Shown here: positions 24,105 to 32,035 of the stretch, piece after piece
Position numbering within the stretch: the first letter of the stretch is position 1
How the letters are laid out: each line of letters starts with the position of its first letter
NCBI GenBank assembly: GCA_022340685.1
Contig: JAJDNN010000049.1
Coordinates: 1 to 51,925 of the forward strand
Direction: 5' to 3'
Source: Pseudomonadota bacterium
Lineage (GTDB): Bacteria > Pseudomonadota > Gammaproteobacteria > UBA6429 > Thiohalophilaceae
DNA length: 51,925 nt
Notes under the pieces: model-generated
What the model saw: the letters and a program-made list of their open reading frames with translations, nothing else
Databases searched by the model: none
Told to the model about the DNA's origin: nothing
Position numbers and translations under genes: made by a program

Positions 24105-25562
24105 TTAGCCTCCCTCCATGTCGACAATCCAGGTATCTTTGGAACCGCCTCCTTGTGAGGAGTTGACCACAGTAGAGCCTTTGCGTAAGGCCACGCGGGT
24201 CAGCCCGCCTGTGGTGACGTATGTGTTATCACGGCCGGACAAAATAAATGGGCGCAGATCCATGTGCCGGGGTTCCACCCGGTTACCGACCAGGGTAGGT
24301 GCGGTGGACAGGGTGAGCATAGGTTGTGCCACATAGTTACGAGCATCACGCTTGATTAAACGTTTGAATTTTTCCCTTTCCTGTTTGCTGGCCTGCGGAC
24401 CAATCAGCATGCCATAACCACCGGATTCGTTGGCGGGCTTGACCACCAGCTTGTCGATGTTTTCCAGAACATGGTTGCGTTCGATTTTGTTATTGCATTT
24501 GTAGGTCGGTACGTTGGGAATCAGTGCGTCTTCACCGAGATAATATTTTATGATCTCCGGCACATAAGCGTACACAACTTTATCATCAGCCACACCGGCA
24601 CCTGGTGCATTGGCCAATGCTACATTACCTGCCTTCCAGGCTCGCATTAAACCCGGAACACCGAGCATGGAGTCCGGTTGAAATACCTCAGGGTCGATGA
24701 ACATGTCATCAATACGCCGATAGATTACGTCGACACGTGACAGACCCTCGACTGCGCGCATGTACACGACATCTTTGTCATCCACATACAGGTCACTACC
24801 TTCCACCAGTTCGGCGCCCATTTGTTGTGCCAGGTAGGAGTGTTCAAAGTAAGCAGAGTTATAAATACCAGGTGTCAGTACCACGATCTCCGGTTGTTCG
24901 ATGTCTCGCGGTGATATCGACGCAAGAGTGTCGTACAGTTGTGAGGGATAGTCATCCACCGGCAGAATGTTGTAGTCTTCAAATAAATCCGGAAACACGC
25001 GTTTCATGACCATGCGGTTTTCCAACATGTACGAGACACCGGATGGGACACGCAGGTTATCTTCTAACACGTACACTGTGCCTTTATCGTCGCGTACCAA
25101 GTCTGAACCACAGATGTGCGCCCAGATATTACTTGGCGGTGTAATGCCAACGCATTGTGGTCGAAAGTTTACTGAGTCTTGCAATAACTCGGAGGGAAAA
25201 ACTTTATCTTTGACTATTTTTTGATCGTGATACAAATCATCGATAAACAGGTTTAATGCCTGTACGCGTTGTTTGAGTCCACGTTCAATCTGGTCCCATT
25301 CATTTTTATTTATGATTCTAGGGATAATGTCGAACGGCCAGGCTCGATCAATGGAGCCTTCTGCTTCGCTATATACGGTGAAGGTAATCCCCATTACATG
25401 AATTGCCAGCTCAGCTGCGGCTTTGTAATCTTCTATTTCTTTATCATTTAGAGCGCGTAGATAATCGCATAGAGGTTTGGCTGCATCGCGGGGTTTGTTT
25501 GCAGCGCGGATAAGTTCATCATAGATGCCTTTTACTTTGTAACTGCCCCATCGAATGGCCAT
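24105..25562 (-). CDS. Circularly permuted type-2 ATP-grasp protein (COG2308; DUF404/DUF407)
   Basis: 485 aa. The overall pattern (GITFTVY, DRAWPFDIIPRI, VLEDNLRVPSGVSYMLENR, VVKPANESGGYGM) matches the cpATP-grasp family that pairs with alpha-E. Confidence 0.85.
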   Translation of the reverse strand: MAIRWGSYKVKGIYDELIRAANKPRDAAKPLCDYLRALNDKEIEDYKAAAELAIHVMGITFTVYSEAEGSIDRAWPFDIIPRIINKNEWDQIERGLKQRVQALNLFIDDLYHDQKIVKDKVFPSELLQDSVNFRPQCVGITPPSNIWAHICGSDLVRDDKGTVYVLEDNLRVPSGVSYMLENRMVMKRVFPDLFEDYNILPVDDYPSQLYDTLASISPRDIEQPEIVVLTPGIYNSAYFEHSYLAQQMGAELVEGSDLYVDDKDVVYMRAVEGLSRVDVIYRRIDDMFIDPEVFQPDSMLGVPGLMRAWKAGNVALANAPGAGVADDKVVYAYVPEIIKYYLGEDALIPNVPTYKCNNKIERNHVLENIDKLVVKPANESGGYGMLIGPQASKQEREKFKRLIKRDARNYVAQPMLTLSTAPTLVGNRVEPRHMDLRPFILSGRDNTYVTTGGLTRVALRKGSTVVNSSQGGGSKDTWIVDMEGG

Positions 25563-25587
25563 AAAAATCGTATTGCTTATGAATGTG

Positions 25588-25604
25588 AATTGACTATATC
25601 AATT
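25588..25604. promoter_or_regulatory. 17-bp inverted repeat AATTGA-ctata-TCAATT flanked by GAATGT direct repeats (candidate operator)
   Basis: Read directly in the 142-bp divergent region between the ATP-grasp and Anbu genes: atGAATGTgAATTGACTATATCAATTggtatatgGAATGTaa. Confidence 0.3.
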
Positions 25605-25704
25605 GGTATATGGAATGTAAAATGAGCGCGCAGTTTTAACTATTTTGTGTTATTAAAATGACCCTTCGCACAATTTTGGTGCGTCTGCCAGGAAAAAAAG
25701 AACA

Positions 25705-26439
25705 ATGACCTATTGTGTAGCAATTAAGGTGGATGAAGGCCTTGTGCTGGCGTCCGATTCACGCACCAATGCGGGGGTGGACTATATTCGTACCTACAGC
25801 AAGATGCATACGTTTAACTGGCCAAACGACAGAACGCTGGTCATTTTAATGTCTGGCAACCTGGCCACTACCCAGGCGGTTATGAATCAAATACATCATG
25901 ACCTGGAGAATGAGGGTGACCACTTTAATTTGCGCAAAGCCAAGCACTTGTTTGAAATCGCTCATTACGTAGGATGTGTTAGTCAGAAAGAACAGGGTGA
26001 ACACGCTAAGGCATTTAAAGACAATTGCGAAACTCTGGAAGCCAATTTTATTGTTGGTGGTCAGATTGGTGAACAGGATGATGAAATTTATCTGGTTTAC
26101 CCTGAGGGGAATTATATTACCGTGTCACCGGAAACCCCATACATGCAAATCGGTGAAACCAAGTATGGCAAACCGATTCTGGATAGAATTATTACTGGTG
26201 AGATCAGTCTGAATGATGCAGCCCGTTGCGCTCTGGTCTCACTGGATTCCACCATGCGCAGTAATATTTCTGTAGGTCCACCATTGGAACTGGCCATTTA
26301 CACAGCAAACTCTCTGGCCGAACCACGTTACTACAAAATTGATCTAAACACACCGTTGTACACAGAGATACAAGAGCGTTGGGGTGAAGGATTACAACAG
26401 GCATTTAAAAACCTACCCAAGTTTGAGTGGGAAAGTTAA
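25705..26439 (+). CDS. Anbu-type proteasome beta-subunit homologue (Ntn hydrolase)
   Basis: 244 aa starting MTYCVAIKVDEGLVLASDSRTNAG. Thr follows the initiator Met directly, so there is no propeptide. Later GGQI...IYLVYPEGN and a proteasome-beta-like core. Linked to cpATP-grasp and alpha-E as in Anbu operons. Confidence 0.8.
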   Translation: MTYCVAIKVDEGLVLASDSRTNAGVDYIRTYSKMHTFNWPNDRTLVILMSGNLATTQAVMNQIHHDLENEGDHFNLRKAKHLFEIAHYVGCVSQKEQGEHAKAFKDNCETLEANFIVGGQIGEQDDEIYLVYPEGNYITVSPETPYMQIGETKYGKPILDRIITGEISLNDAARCALVSLDSTMRSNISVGPPLELAIYTANSLAEPRYYKIDLNTPLYTEIQERWGEGLQQAFKNLPKFEWES

Positions 26440-26445
26440 TTTTTA

Positions 26446-27519
26446 TCAGGTTGACATTACAACACGGTGAATAAACTCCAGTTTATTAATCACCATTGGT
26501 GAATGCTCAAATGGGTACGGATCGGGAAACCCCAGGCTGCGATTCAACTCATTGAGCGTGCGCATTAGTTTCACCAGTTGTGCGATGATGCTGCCAAAGT
26601 CATGAAACTCAAGCCAATCGCGTAAATTATTTTGGGTATATTTGATTTCATCACCTTGAATACCGACATGATGATGGCTAGCAGTTTCCAGAACGTCCAT
26701 AAAATGCAGGTAGTGCGCCCAGCTTTCGGCCCAGTCCTCCCAGGGATGTGAGCTAGCATATGCACTGATGAAATTATCCGGCCAGTTGTCTTGTGGGCCG
26801 TTTTGATAATACAGTGATAATGAGCTTTTGTAATCATTACGTTCGTCACCGAATAGCATACGAAACTCATCAAGCCGATCCGTTCGTGCAATAAACTGGT
26901 CCCAGTAGTAGTGCCCGATCTCATGACGAAAGTGCCCCAAGATAGTGCGATAAGCTTCATTCATGAGTACCCGGATTTTTTCGCGCTCGCTGTCGTCGGC
27001 TTCCAGAATATTAATGGTAATGGTGCCGGCATTGTGACCAGTCATAATTTCCTGATAGGTCACCATTTCCTCAGAGAACATATCAAATCCCTTGATATCT
27101 TCCATAAATCGAAAGGCCAGGCCGCGGTCCTTATTTTGATGATAAGTAATGATCGGCAGGCGCAGGGTCAACAAGGTGTAGATAAGGCGCCGTTTAGCAT
27201 TTTCTAACTTCCGCCAGCGTTGTTCGTTCTCAGATTTGGATAAGTCTGGAATAACTTCGTTCAGCCGACAAGCTAGACAATATGATTCATTTTCCCTGGC
27301 GGGTATCAACCAGTTGCAGACGTTGGAATTTTGATAATTGTCACACTTGCGAAAATTTAGACTGGGGTCGCTATCTGATTGCCAATCACCCGCCTCTGTT
27401 TGGACCAGGGGTATTACATCCAGTCTATCTGGGTCAAAACCCAATGATTTACCACACTGCAAACACTGAGTGTTGTCAAAATACAAGGTATTTCCACATG
27501 TGCAATTAAATGTTCGCAA
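26446..27519 (-). CDS. Zinc-ribbon plus HExxH metallopeptidase-like protein (Peptidase_Mx-type)
   Basis: 357 aa. TTG start 5 nt after GAGGT. N-terminal CTCGN...CLQCG ribbon and HEIGHYYW (HExxH). Tail-to-tail with Anbu, separated by a 6-bp gap. Confidence 0.75.
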   Translation of the reverse strand: MRTFNCTCGNTLYFDNTQCLQCGKSLGFDPDRLDVIPLVQTEAGDWQSDSDPSLNFRKCDNYQNSNVCNWLIPARENESYCLACRLNEVIPDLSKSENEQRWRKLENAKRRLIYTLLTLRLPIITYHQNKDRGLAFRFMEDIKGFDMFSEEMVTYQEIMTGHNAGTITINILEADDSEREKIRVLMNEAYRTILGHFRHEIGHYYWDQFIARTDRLDEFRMLFGDERNDYKSSLSLYYQNGPQDNWPDNFISAYASSHPWEDWAESWAHYLHFMDVLETASHHHVGIQGDEIKYTQNNLRDWLEFHDFGSIIAQLVKLMRTLNELNRSLGFPDPYPFEHSPMVINKLEFIHRVVMST

Positions 27520-27784
27520 GGTTTACCTCGATTTTAATTTTAGCATAACGATAAGAGCATCATGGGATGGTAACATTAAATATCGAAACGAAAATGAGTT
27601 TACATATAGTAATATATAATATTAAGAGAAATGGGAATATATTAGGTGTTGTAATACTGAAAAGATTATAAACAGTATGAAATAAAGGTATGGAAAAACA
27701 GAGATATTCACGTGCTTAGCTAATTGCTAACTGATTGCCTCATGTAATTGACTAACAAATTTTAAAATTTTTCGCAAAAACTAC

Positions 27785-28222
27785 TTACGTTACTAATAAT
27801 TCATTTATTTTAAATGAGCAACCAAAGTATGATGCTATATTTTCCGTTACCCCTTTAATCTGGTTTCGCTCGTATTCCTGTTTTTCCTTAGTGCCCCAAA
27901 CAACATTTGGCCAGCAATAATCTCCTTTTTGTCTACCTACTACATGGATATGCAATTGTCTTACAATATTTCCGATTGCAGCTACATTTAATTTTTCGAT
28001 TGAATATGTCGACTTGATAAAAAGAGATTGTTCGCAAATTGTTTTATACAAACTATCCTGTTCATCTTGGCCGAGTTCATATATTTCTATTTTTTTAGTT
28101 TCTGGTACTAGAATAAACCATGGCACGAGAGCATTATTCATTAATAATAAATTGATTCCATTTAATTTACCAAGAACTATACAGTCCTTCTCCAACCGCG
28201 GATCCAATTTGAAGTTACTCAT
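27785..28222 (-). CDS. HIT-family (histidine triad) nucleotide hydrolase/transferase
   Basis: Histidine triad QLHIHVVGR. The track start is TTG at 28267. The ATG at 28222 (MSNFKLDPRLEKDC) is more likely. Very AT-rich coding sequence: hand count 21/60 GC on line 28021. Confidence 0.7.
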   Translation of the reverse strand: MSNFKLDPRLEKDCIVLGKLNGINLLLMNNALVPWFILVPETKKIEIYELGQDEQDSLYKTICEQSLFIKSTYSIEKLNVAAIGNIVRQLHIHVVGRQKGDYCWPNVVWGTKEKQEYERNQIKGVTENIASYFGCSFKINELLVT

Positions 28223-28282
28223 TCTCACATGCCATTTTGCTAATGAATTTTTAATATAATTTTTCAAAACCTGGTTCGTTTT

Positions 28283-29026
28283 TCAGGCCGTGCCGCAGCC
28301 ACTGCAGCCCGGGTCTTTTTTCAGGGTCAGGGTACGCCACTCCATGTGCAGGGCATCGAGTAGTAGCAGGCGGCCATGCAGGGTTTCCCCCATGCCAGCC
28401 AGGATCTTGATTGCCTCGGTGGCCTGAATCGCGCCGATGATGCCGACCAGTGGCGCGAGGACGCCATTTTCACTGCAGCGGTTGTCAAGTTCTCCCTCCT
28501 CCCGGTACAGGCAGCGGTAGCAGGGGCCATCGCCGTTGTTCAGGAATACCGCCACCTGGCCTTCCATCCGGATCGCCGCACCCGAAACCAGCGGCACCCC
28601 GGCTGCCACACAGGCATCGTTGACTGCAAAGCGGGTGGCAAAGTTATCGCTGCCATCCAGCACCACGTCGGCTGCGGTGATGTGCTGCTGCAGTTCCATG
28701 CCTTCCAGCTTGTGATCGACAAGCGTGAGTTTGACATCGGGGTTGAGCTTTCGCAGGGCATCGCGTGCCGATTCCACCTTGGGTCTGCCAATGTCATCGG
28801 TGTGGTGAATAATCTGGCGCTGCAGGTTGGAAAGCTCCACCGTATCGAAATCGACCAGCACCAGATGGCCAACACCAGCGGCGGCCAGGTACATGGCCGC
28901 CGGTGAGCCCAGTCCACCCAGTCCAATGATCAGGACAGTGGCATCGAGCAGCTTCTGTTGCCCGGCCACATCGAATTGAGGCAGCATGATTTGACGGCTG
29001 TAGCGAAGAAGTTGGGCGTCATCCAT
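28283..29026 (-). CDS. moeB: Molybdopterin-synthase adenylyltransferase (ThiF/MoeB E1-like)
   Basis: 247 aa. RYSRQIMLPQFDVAGQQKL, GLGGLGSP nucleotide loop, and zinc CxxC pairs CYRC and CSGC. Follows prmC, as in Pseudomonas. Confidence 0.85.
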   Translation of the reverse strand: MDDAQLLRYSRQIMLPQFDVAGQQKLLDATVLIIGLGGLGSPAAMYLAAAGVGHLVLVDFDTVELSNLQRQIIHHTDDIGRPKVESARDALRKLNPDVKLTLVDHKLEGMELQQHITAADVVLDGSDNFATRFAVNDACVAAGVPLVSGAAIRMEGQVAVFLNNGDGPCYRCLYREEGELDNRCSENGVLAPLVGIIGAIQATEAIKILAGMGETLHGRLLLLDALHMEWRTLTLKKDPGCSGCGTA

Positions 29027-29133
29027 AAATACGGGGACGAGTGACGAGGGACGAATGGCGAGTATAGCAGAGGGTAAGGTTTGCCTTTAGGCATGCGCCG
29101 GTTTTAGTACCGGGTGCGGGTCCCGGGGATGGA

Positions 29134-30000
29134 TTAAGTATCGGCATCTTGCAGGGTCGCAGGATTCCGGGCGATGGCGACGCGAGGCTGACCTGCCAGG
29201 TCCTGAAAATCCTCGACCTTATCAAACCCGGCCCCGCGCAGCAGGGCGACAACGGCATCAGCCTGGTCATACCCGTGTTCCAGCAACAGCCAGCCACCCG
29301 GGGCAAGGTGTTGGCGGGCCCGGCCGGTGAGGATGCGGATGGCATCCAGTCCGTCCTCGCCGGCTACCAGGGCGGTGATCGGTTCAAACCGGACATCGCC
29401 CTGCGACAAATGGGGATCCGCCCGGCACACGTAGGGCGGGTTGCTCACAATTAGTTGAAACGGTGGCTCGTCCTGGAGCGGTGCCAGCCAGTCGCCTTCA
29501 ACAAAGGTAATATTGTGTAGGTTGAGCTCTTGCGCGTTGGTACGGGCAACGGCCAACGCTTCGGCCGACAGGTCGGTGGCGATGATCGCGCAGGCCGGGC
29601 GCTCGCTGGCCAACGCCAGGGCAATGGCACCGCTGCCGGTACCGAGGTCGGCAATACGCCAGTTCGCGGTGGTCGGGATCCGCGCCAGGGCGAGTTCGAC
29701 CAGGCGCTCGGTTGCCGGGCGAGGGATCAGCGTAGCGGAGCTTACGTGCAGATCCAGCGTCCAGAAAGCCTGTCGGCCCAGCAGATGCGCGACCGGTTCG
29801 CCGCTGGCACGGCGTTTGAGCAGTTGTATGAACCGATGTTCCTGTTGCGGGTTCAATGCATGGTCCGGCCAGGTATGCAGCCAGGTGCGATCGCGCCCCA
29901 GTACCCGAGCCAGCAGCAACTCCGCATCGAGGCGGGCGGTCTCATGCAGGGGCGCCAGTTTTTGTGTTGCGTCTTCGAGGGCAGTCTTGATGTGGGTCAT
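29134..30000 (-). CDS. prmC: Release-factor glutamine N5-methyltransferase
   Basis: Track ORF (start 30192) trimmed to the ATG at 30000-29998 (MTHIKTALEDATQ). Motifs DLGTGSGAIALALA (SAM binding) and NPPY. Confidence 0.9.
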   Translation of the reverse strand: MTHIKTALEDATQKLAPLHETARLDAELLLARVLGRDRTWLHTWPDHALNPQQEHRFIQLLKRRASGEPVAHLLGRQAFWTLDLHVSSATLIPRPATERLVELALARIPTTANWRIADLGTGSGAIALALASERPACAIIATDLSAEALAVARTNAQELNLHNITFVEGDWLAPLQDEPPFQLIVSNPPYVCRADPHLSQGDVRFEPITALVAGEDGLDAIRILTGRARQHLAPGGWLLLEHGYDQADAVVALLRGAGFDKVEDFQDLAGQPRVAIARNPATLQDADT

Positions 30001-30157
30001 GGTGGGTGGCGTACTGGACGGAACTGGATCGGTGAGGGTCTGGCCGGGTTGGTGTGTGGCTGGTACTGTAGCTGAATCAACGCATCCAAGACGCAGCCAA
30101 CAAGACGAGGGTAGCAGTGAAGCCGGAACGGGTGCAAACCAACAGACGGGGAAGCCC

Positions 30158-30520
30158 ATGAAGCAGCAATCCAACCCGATGCGGACCTTCATTGGTGTAG
30201 CCTATCTTTTCTTGATTGTCGCCCAGTTGCTGCAAGCGTTCGGTATCGCCCGCTATACGCCGGTGCTGCGTCAATTCTGGGACTGGTATGGTCTGGCACT
30301 GCCTTCGCAACTGCTCTATTACTATCAAACCACGGGTCTGTTCTGGGTGTTGCCCGGCCTCACCTTTCTCATCGGACTTGATGTGTTACGCCGGCAGAAA
30401 CTATTGTTCGGGTATGCCACTGCCAGCTTTGTGGTATCGGGCTTGCTTACCCTGGTAGTGCAACTGTGGCTGATCGGTCCATTATTCAGCCCCTTCGAGT
30501 CAATGATCATTAATCGGTGA
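30158..30520 (+). CDS. Hypothetical small membrane protein (3-4 TM helices)
   Basis: Only the last 120 codons of track ORF 29513..30520 are kept. They start at an ATG preceded by GGGGAAG: MKQQSNPMRTFIGVAYLFLIVAQLL, followed by several hydrophobic helices. No family recognised. Confidence 0.45.
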   Translation: MKQQSNPMRTFIGVAYLFLIVAQLLQAFGIARYTPVLRQFWDWYGLALPSQLLYYYQTTGLFWVLPGLTFLIGLDVLRRQKLLFGYATASFVVSGLLTLVVQLWLIGPLFSPFESMIINR

Positions 30521-30910
30521 ACCGGATATTCTGTCGGCCGGGAGGTAACCAGTCAGCCAGTCGATAGCCTCGGTTTCCTTGCGAAAGATCCGGGCAGGGT
30601 AGGGAGGTGAGTGATACCACAGAAACATCCGGGCAAAGTGTTGCTGCATGAAACTGCTTACCAGCAGGGCGGACGCCGAGGTAATCGCGGCAACTTCCTG
30701 GCTGGCCGCATAATCCAGCGCCGCCCATTCAATACTCATGGTGTCGCCACACTCTGCATAAACCAGCACCGGCTGTGGCAGGGTGGAGATGGCAAGATGC
30801 CTTTGATGAGCGCAATGCATGTCGGCGAGTTTAATTTTGCCACGACCCCAACCAATACGGATGATGCCGTGCTCGTCCAGCCAGACTTTGGGGTATGACA
30901 CTCCGGTCAT
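30500..30910 (-). CDS. Hypothetical 136-aa protein directly downstream of prfA
   Basis: The ATG lies 5 nt after the prfA stop, with AGGA upstream. Soluble-looking sequence (MTGVSYPKVWLDEHGIIRIGWG). No family recognised with confidence. Confidence 0.5.
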   Translation of the reverse strand: MTGVSYPKVWLDEHGIIRIGWGRGKIKLADMHCAHQRHLAISTLPQPVLVYAECGDTMSIEWAALDYAASQEVAAITSASALLVSSFMQQHFARMFLWYHSPPYPARIFRKETEAIDWLTGYLPADRISGSPINDH

Positions 30911-30915
30911 GGGGA

Positions 30916-32025
30916 TTATCCTGTTGCCCGTTCTTCTCCTTGTCCTTCTCCAAGTGTAGCAAGTAAATCGGCCTGGTATTCGGCAATCAGTGGGTCAATG
31001 ATTTCATCCAGGTTGCCCGCCATGATCTCGTCAAGCTTGTACAGGGTCAGGTTTATGCGATGATCGGTGACCCTGCCCTGGGGAAAATTGTAGGTACGGA
31101 TCCGCTCGGAGCGATCGCCGCTACCCACCAGCAGCTTGCGCGTCTGGGCTTGCTCGGTCTGTTGTTTTTCCTGCTCCTGTTGGAACAATTTGGCCTTCAG
31201 CAGCGACATGGCACGGGCGCGGTTTTTGTGCTGGGAGCGCTCGTCCTGACATTCCACCACAATCCCGCTGGGGAGGTGGGTGAGTCGAATCGCCGAGTCA
31301 GTCTTGTTGACATGCTGGCCACCGGCGCCGGAGGCGCGATAGGTATCCACTTTCAAATCTGCCGGATTGATGTCTACTGCCACAAGCTCATCGGCTTCCG
31401 GTATGACCGCGACGGTGCAGGCTGAGGTGTGAATGCGGCCCTGGGATTCGGTTTCGGGCACACGTTGCACGCGATGACCCCCTGATTCGAATTTAAGCCG
31501 GGAATAGATGCTGGTTCCTTCGATGCGCAGGATGATTTCCTTGTATCCACCATGTTCGCCGAGACTGGCGCTGACCACCGCCAGCTTCCAGTGATGATGC
31601 TCGGCATAGCGCGCATACATGCGGTACAAGTCGCCGGCAAACAGGGCTGCCTCATCACCACCGGCACCGGCGCGGATTTCAAGATAGATATTCTTCTCAT
31701 CGTTGGGATCCCTAGGCAACATCAGCATTTGCAGTTGCTGTTCCAGCAGCATCTGGTGCGCCTTGGCCGTATCCAGTTCCTGAGCGGCCATCTCCTTCAT
31801 TTCGACGTCATCCTCATCCAGCATTTGCCGGGCAGCGTCCATGTCCGCAAGGGTGCGCTGATACTGGTGAAATACCTCGATTACCGGATTGAGCTGTGCG
31901 CGTTCCTGGGACAGAGTTCGAAAGCGATTTTGATCTGCAATGACGCCCGGATCGGCCAGCAAGGCGTTTATTTCTTCCAGGCGTTCAGCCAGGGATTCCA
32001 GTTTGGTTTTAATGGAAGCCTTCAT
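30916..32025 (-). CDS. prfA: Peptide chain release factor 1
   Basis: 369 aa. [11 protein letters not shown] (GGQ), [18 protein letters not shown] (PxT region) and [20 protein letters not shown]. Confidence 0.97.
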   Translation of the reverse strand: MKASIKTKLESLAERLEEINALLADPGVIADQNRFRTLSQERAQLNPVIEVFHQYQRTLADMDAARQMLDEDDVEMKEMAAQELDTAKAHQMLLEQQLQMLMLPRDPNDEKNIYLEIRAGAGGDEAALFAGDLYRMYARYAEHHHWKLAVVSASLGEHGGYKEIILRIEGTSIYSRLKFESGGHRVQRVPETESQGRIHTSACTVAVIPEADELVAVDINPADLKVDTYRASGAGGQHVNKTDSAIRLTHLPSGIVVECQDERSQHKNRARAMSLLKAKLFQQEQEKQQTEQAQTRKLLVGSGDRSERIRTYNFPQGRVTDHRINLTLYKLDEIMAGNLDEIIDPLIAEYQADLLATLGEGQGEERATG

Positions 32026-32035
32026 GTAGCCGGGA

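Noticed and set aside
29513-30157. 5' two-thirds of the 335-aa + strand ORF 29513..30520
   Set aside because: This part is antisense to prmC and is Ser/Arg/Ala-rich nonsense. Only the last 120 codons (from the ATG at 30158), which encode clean TM helices outside prmC, were kept as a possible gene.
31450-31458. RF1 stop-codon recognition tripeptide reads P-E-T instead of the E. coli P-A-T
   Set aside because: I considered it as a hint of altered decoding. The middle position of PxT is variable, and I recall PET in other gammaproteobacterial RF1 proteins. The GGQ motif and the rest of the protein are canonical.
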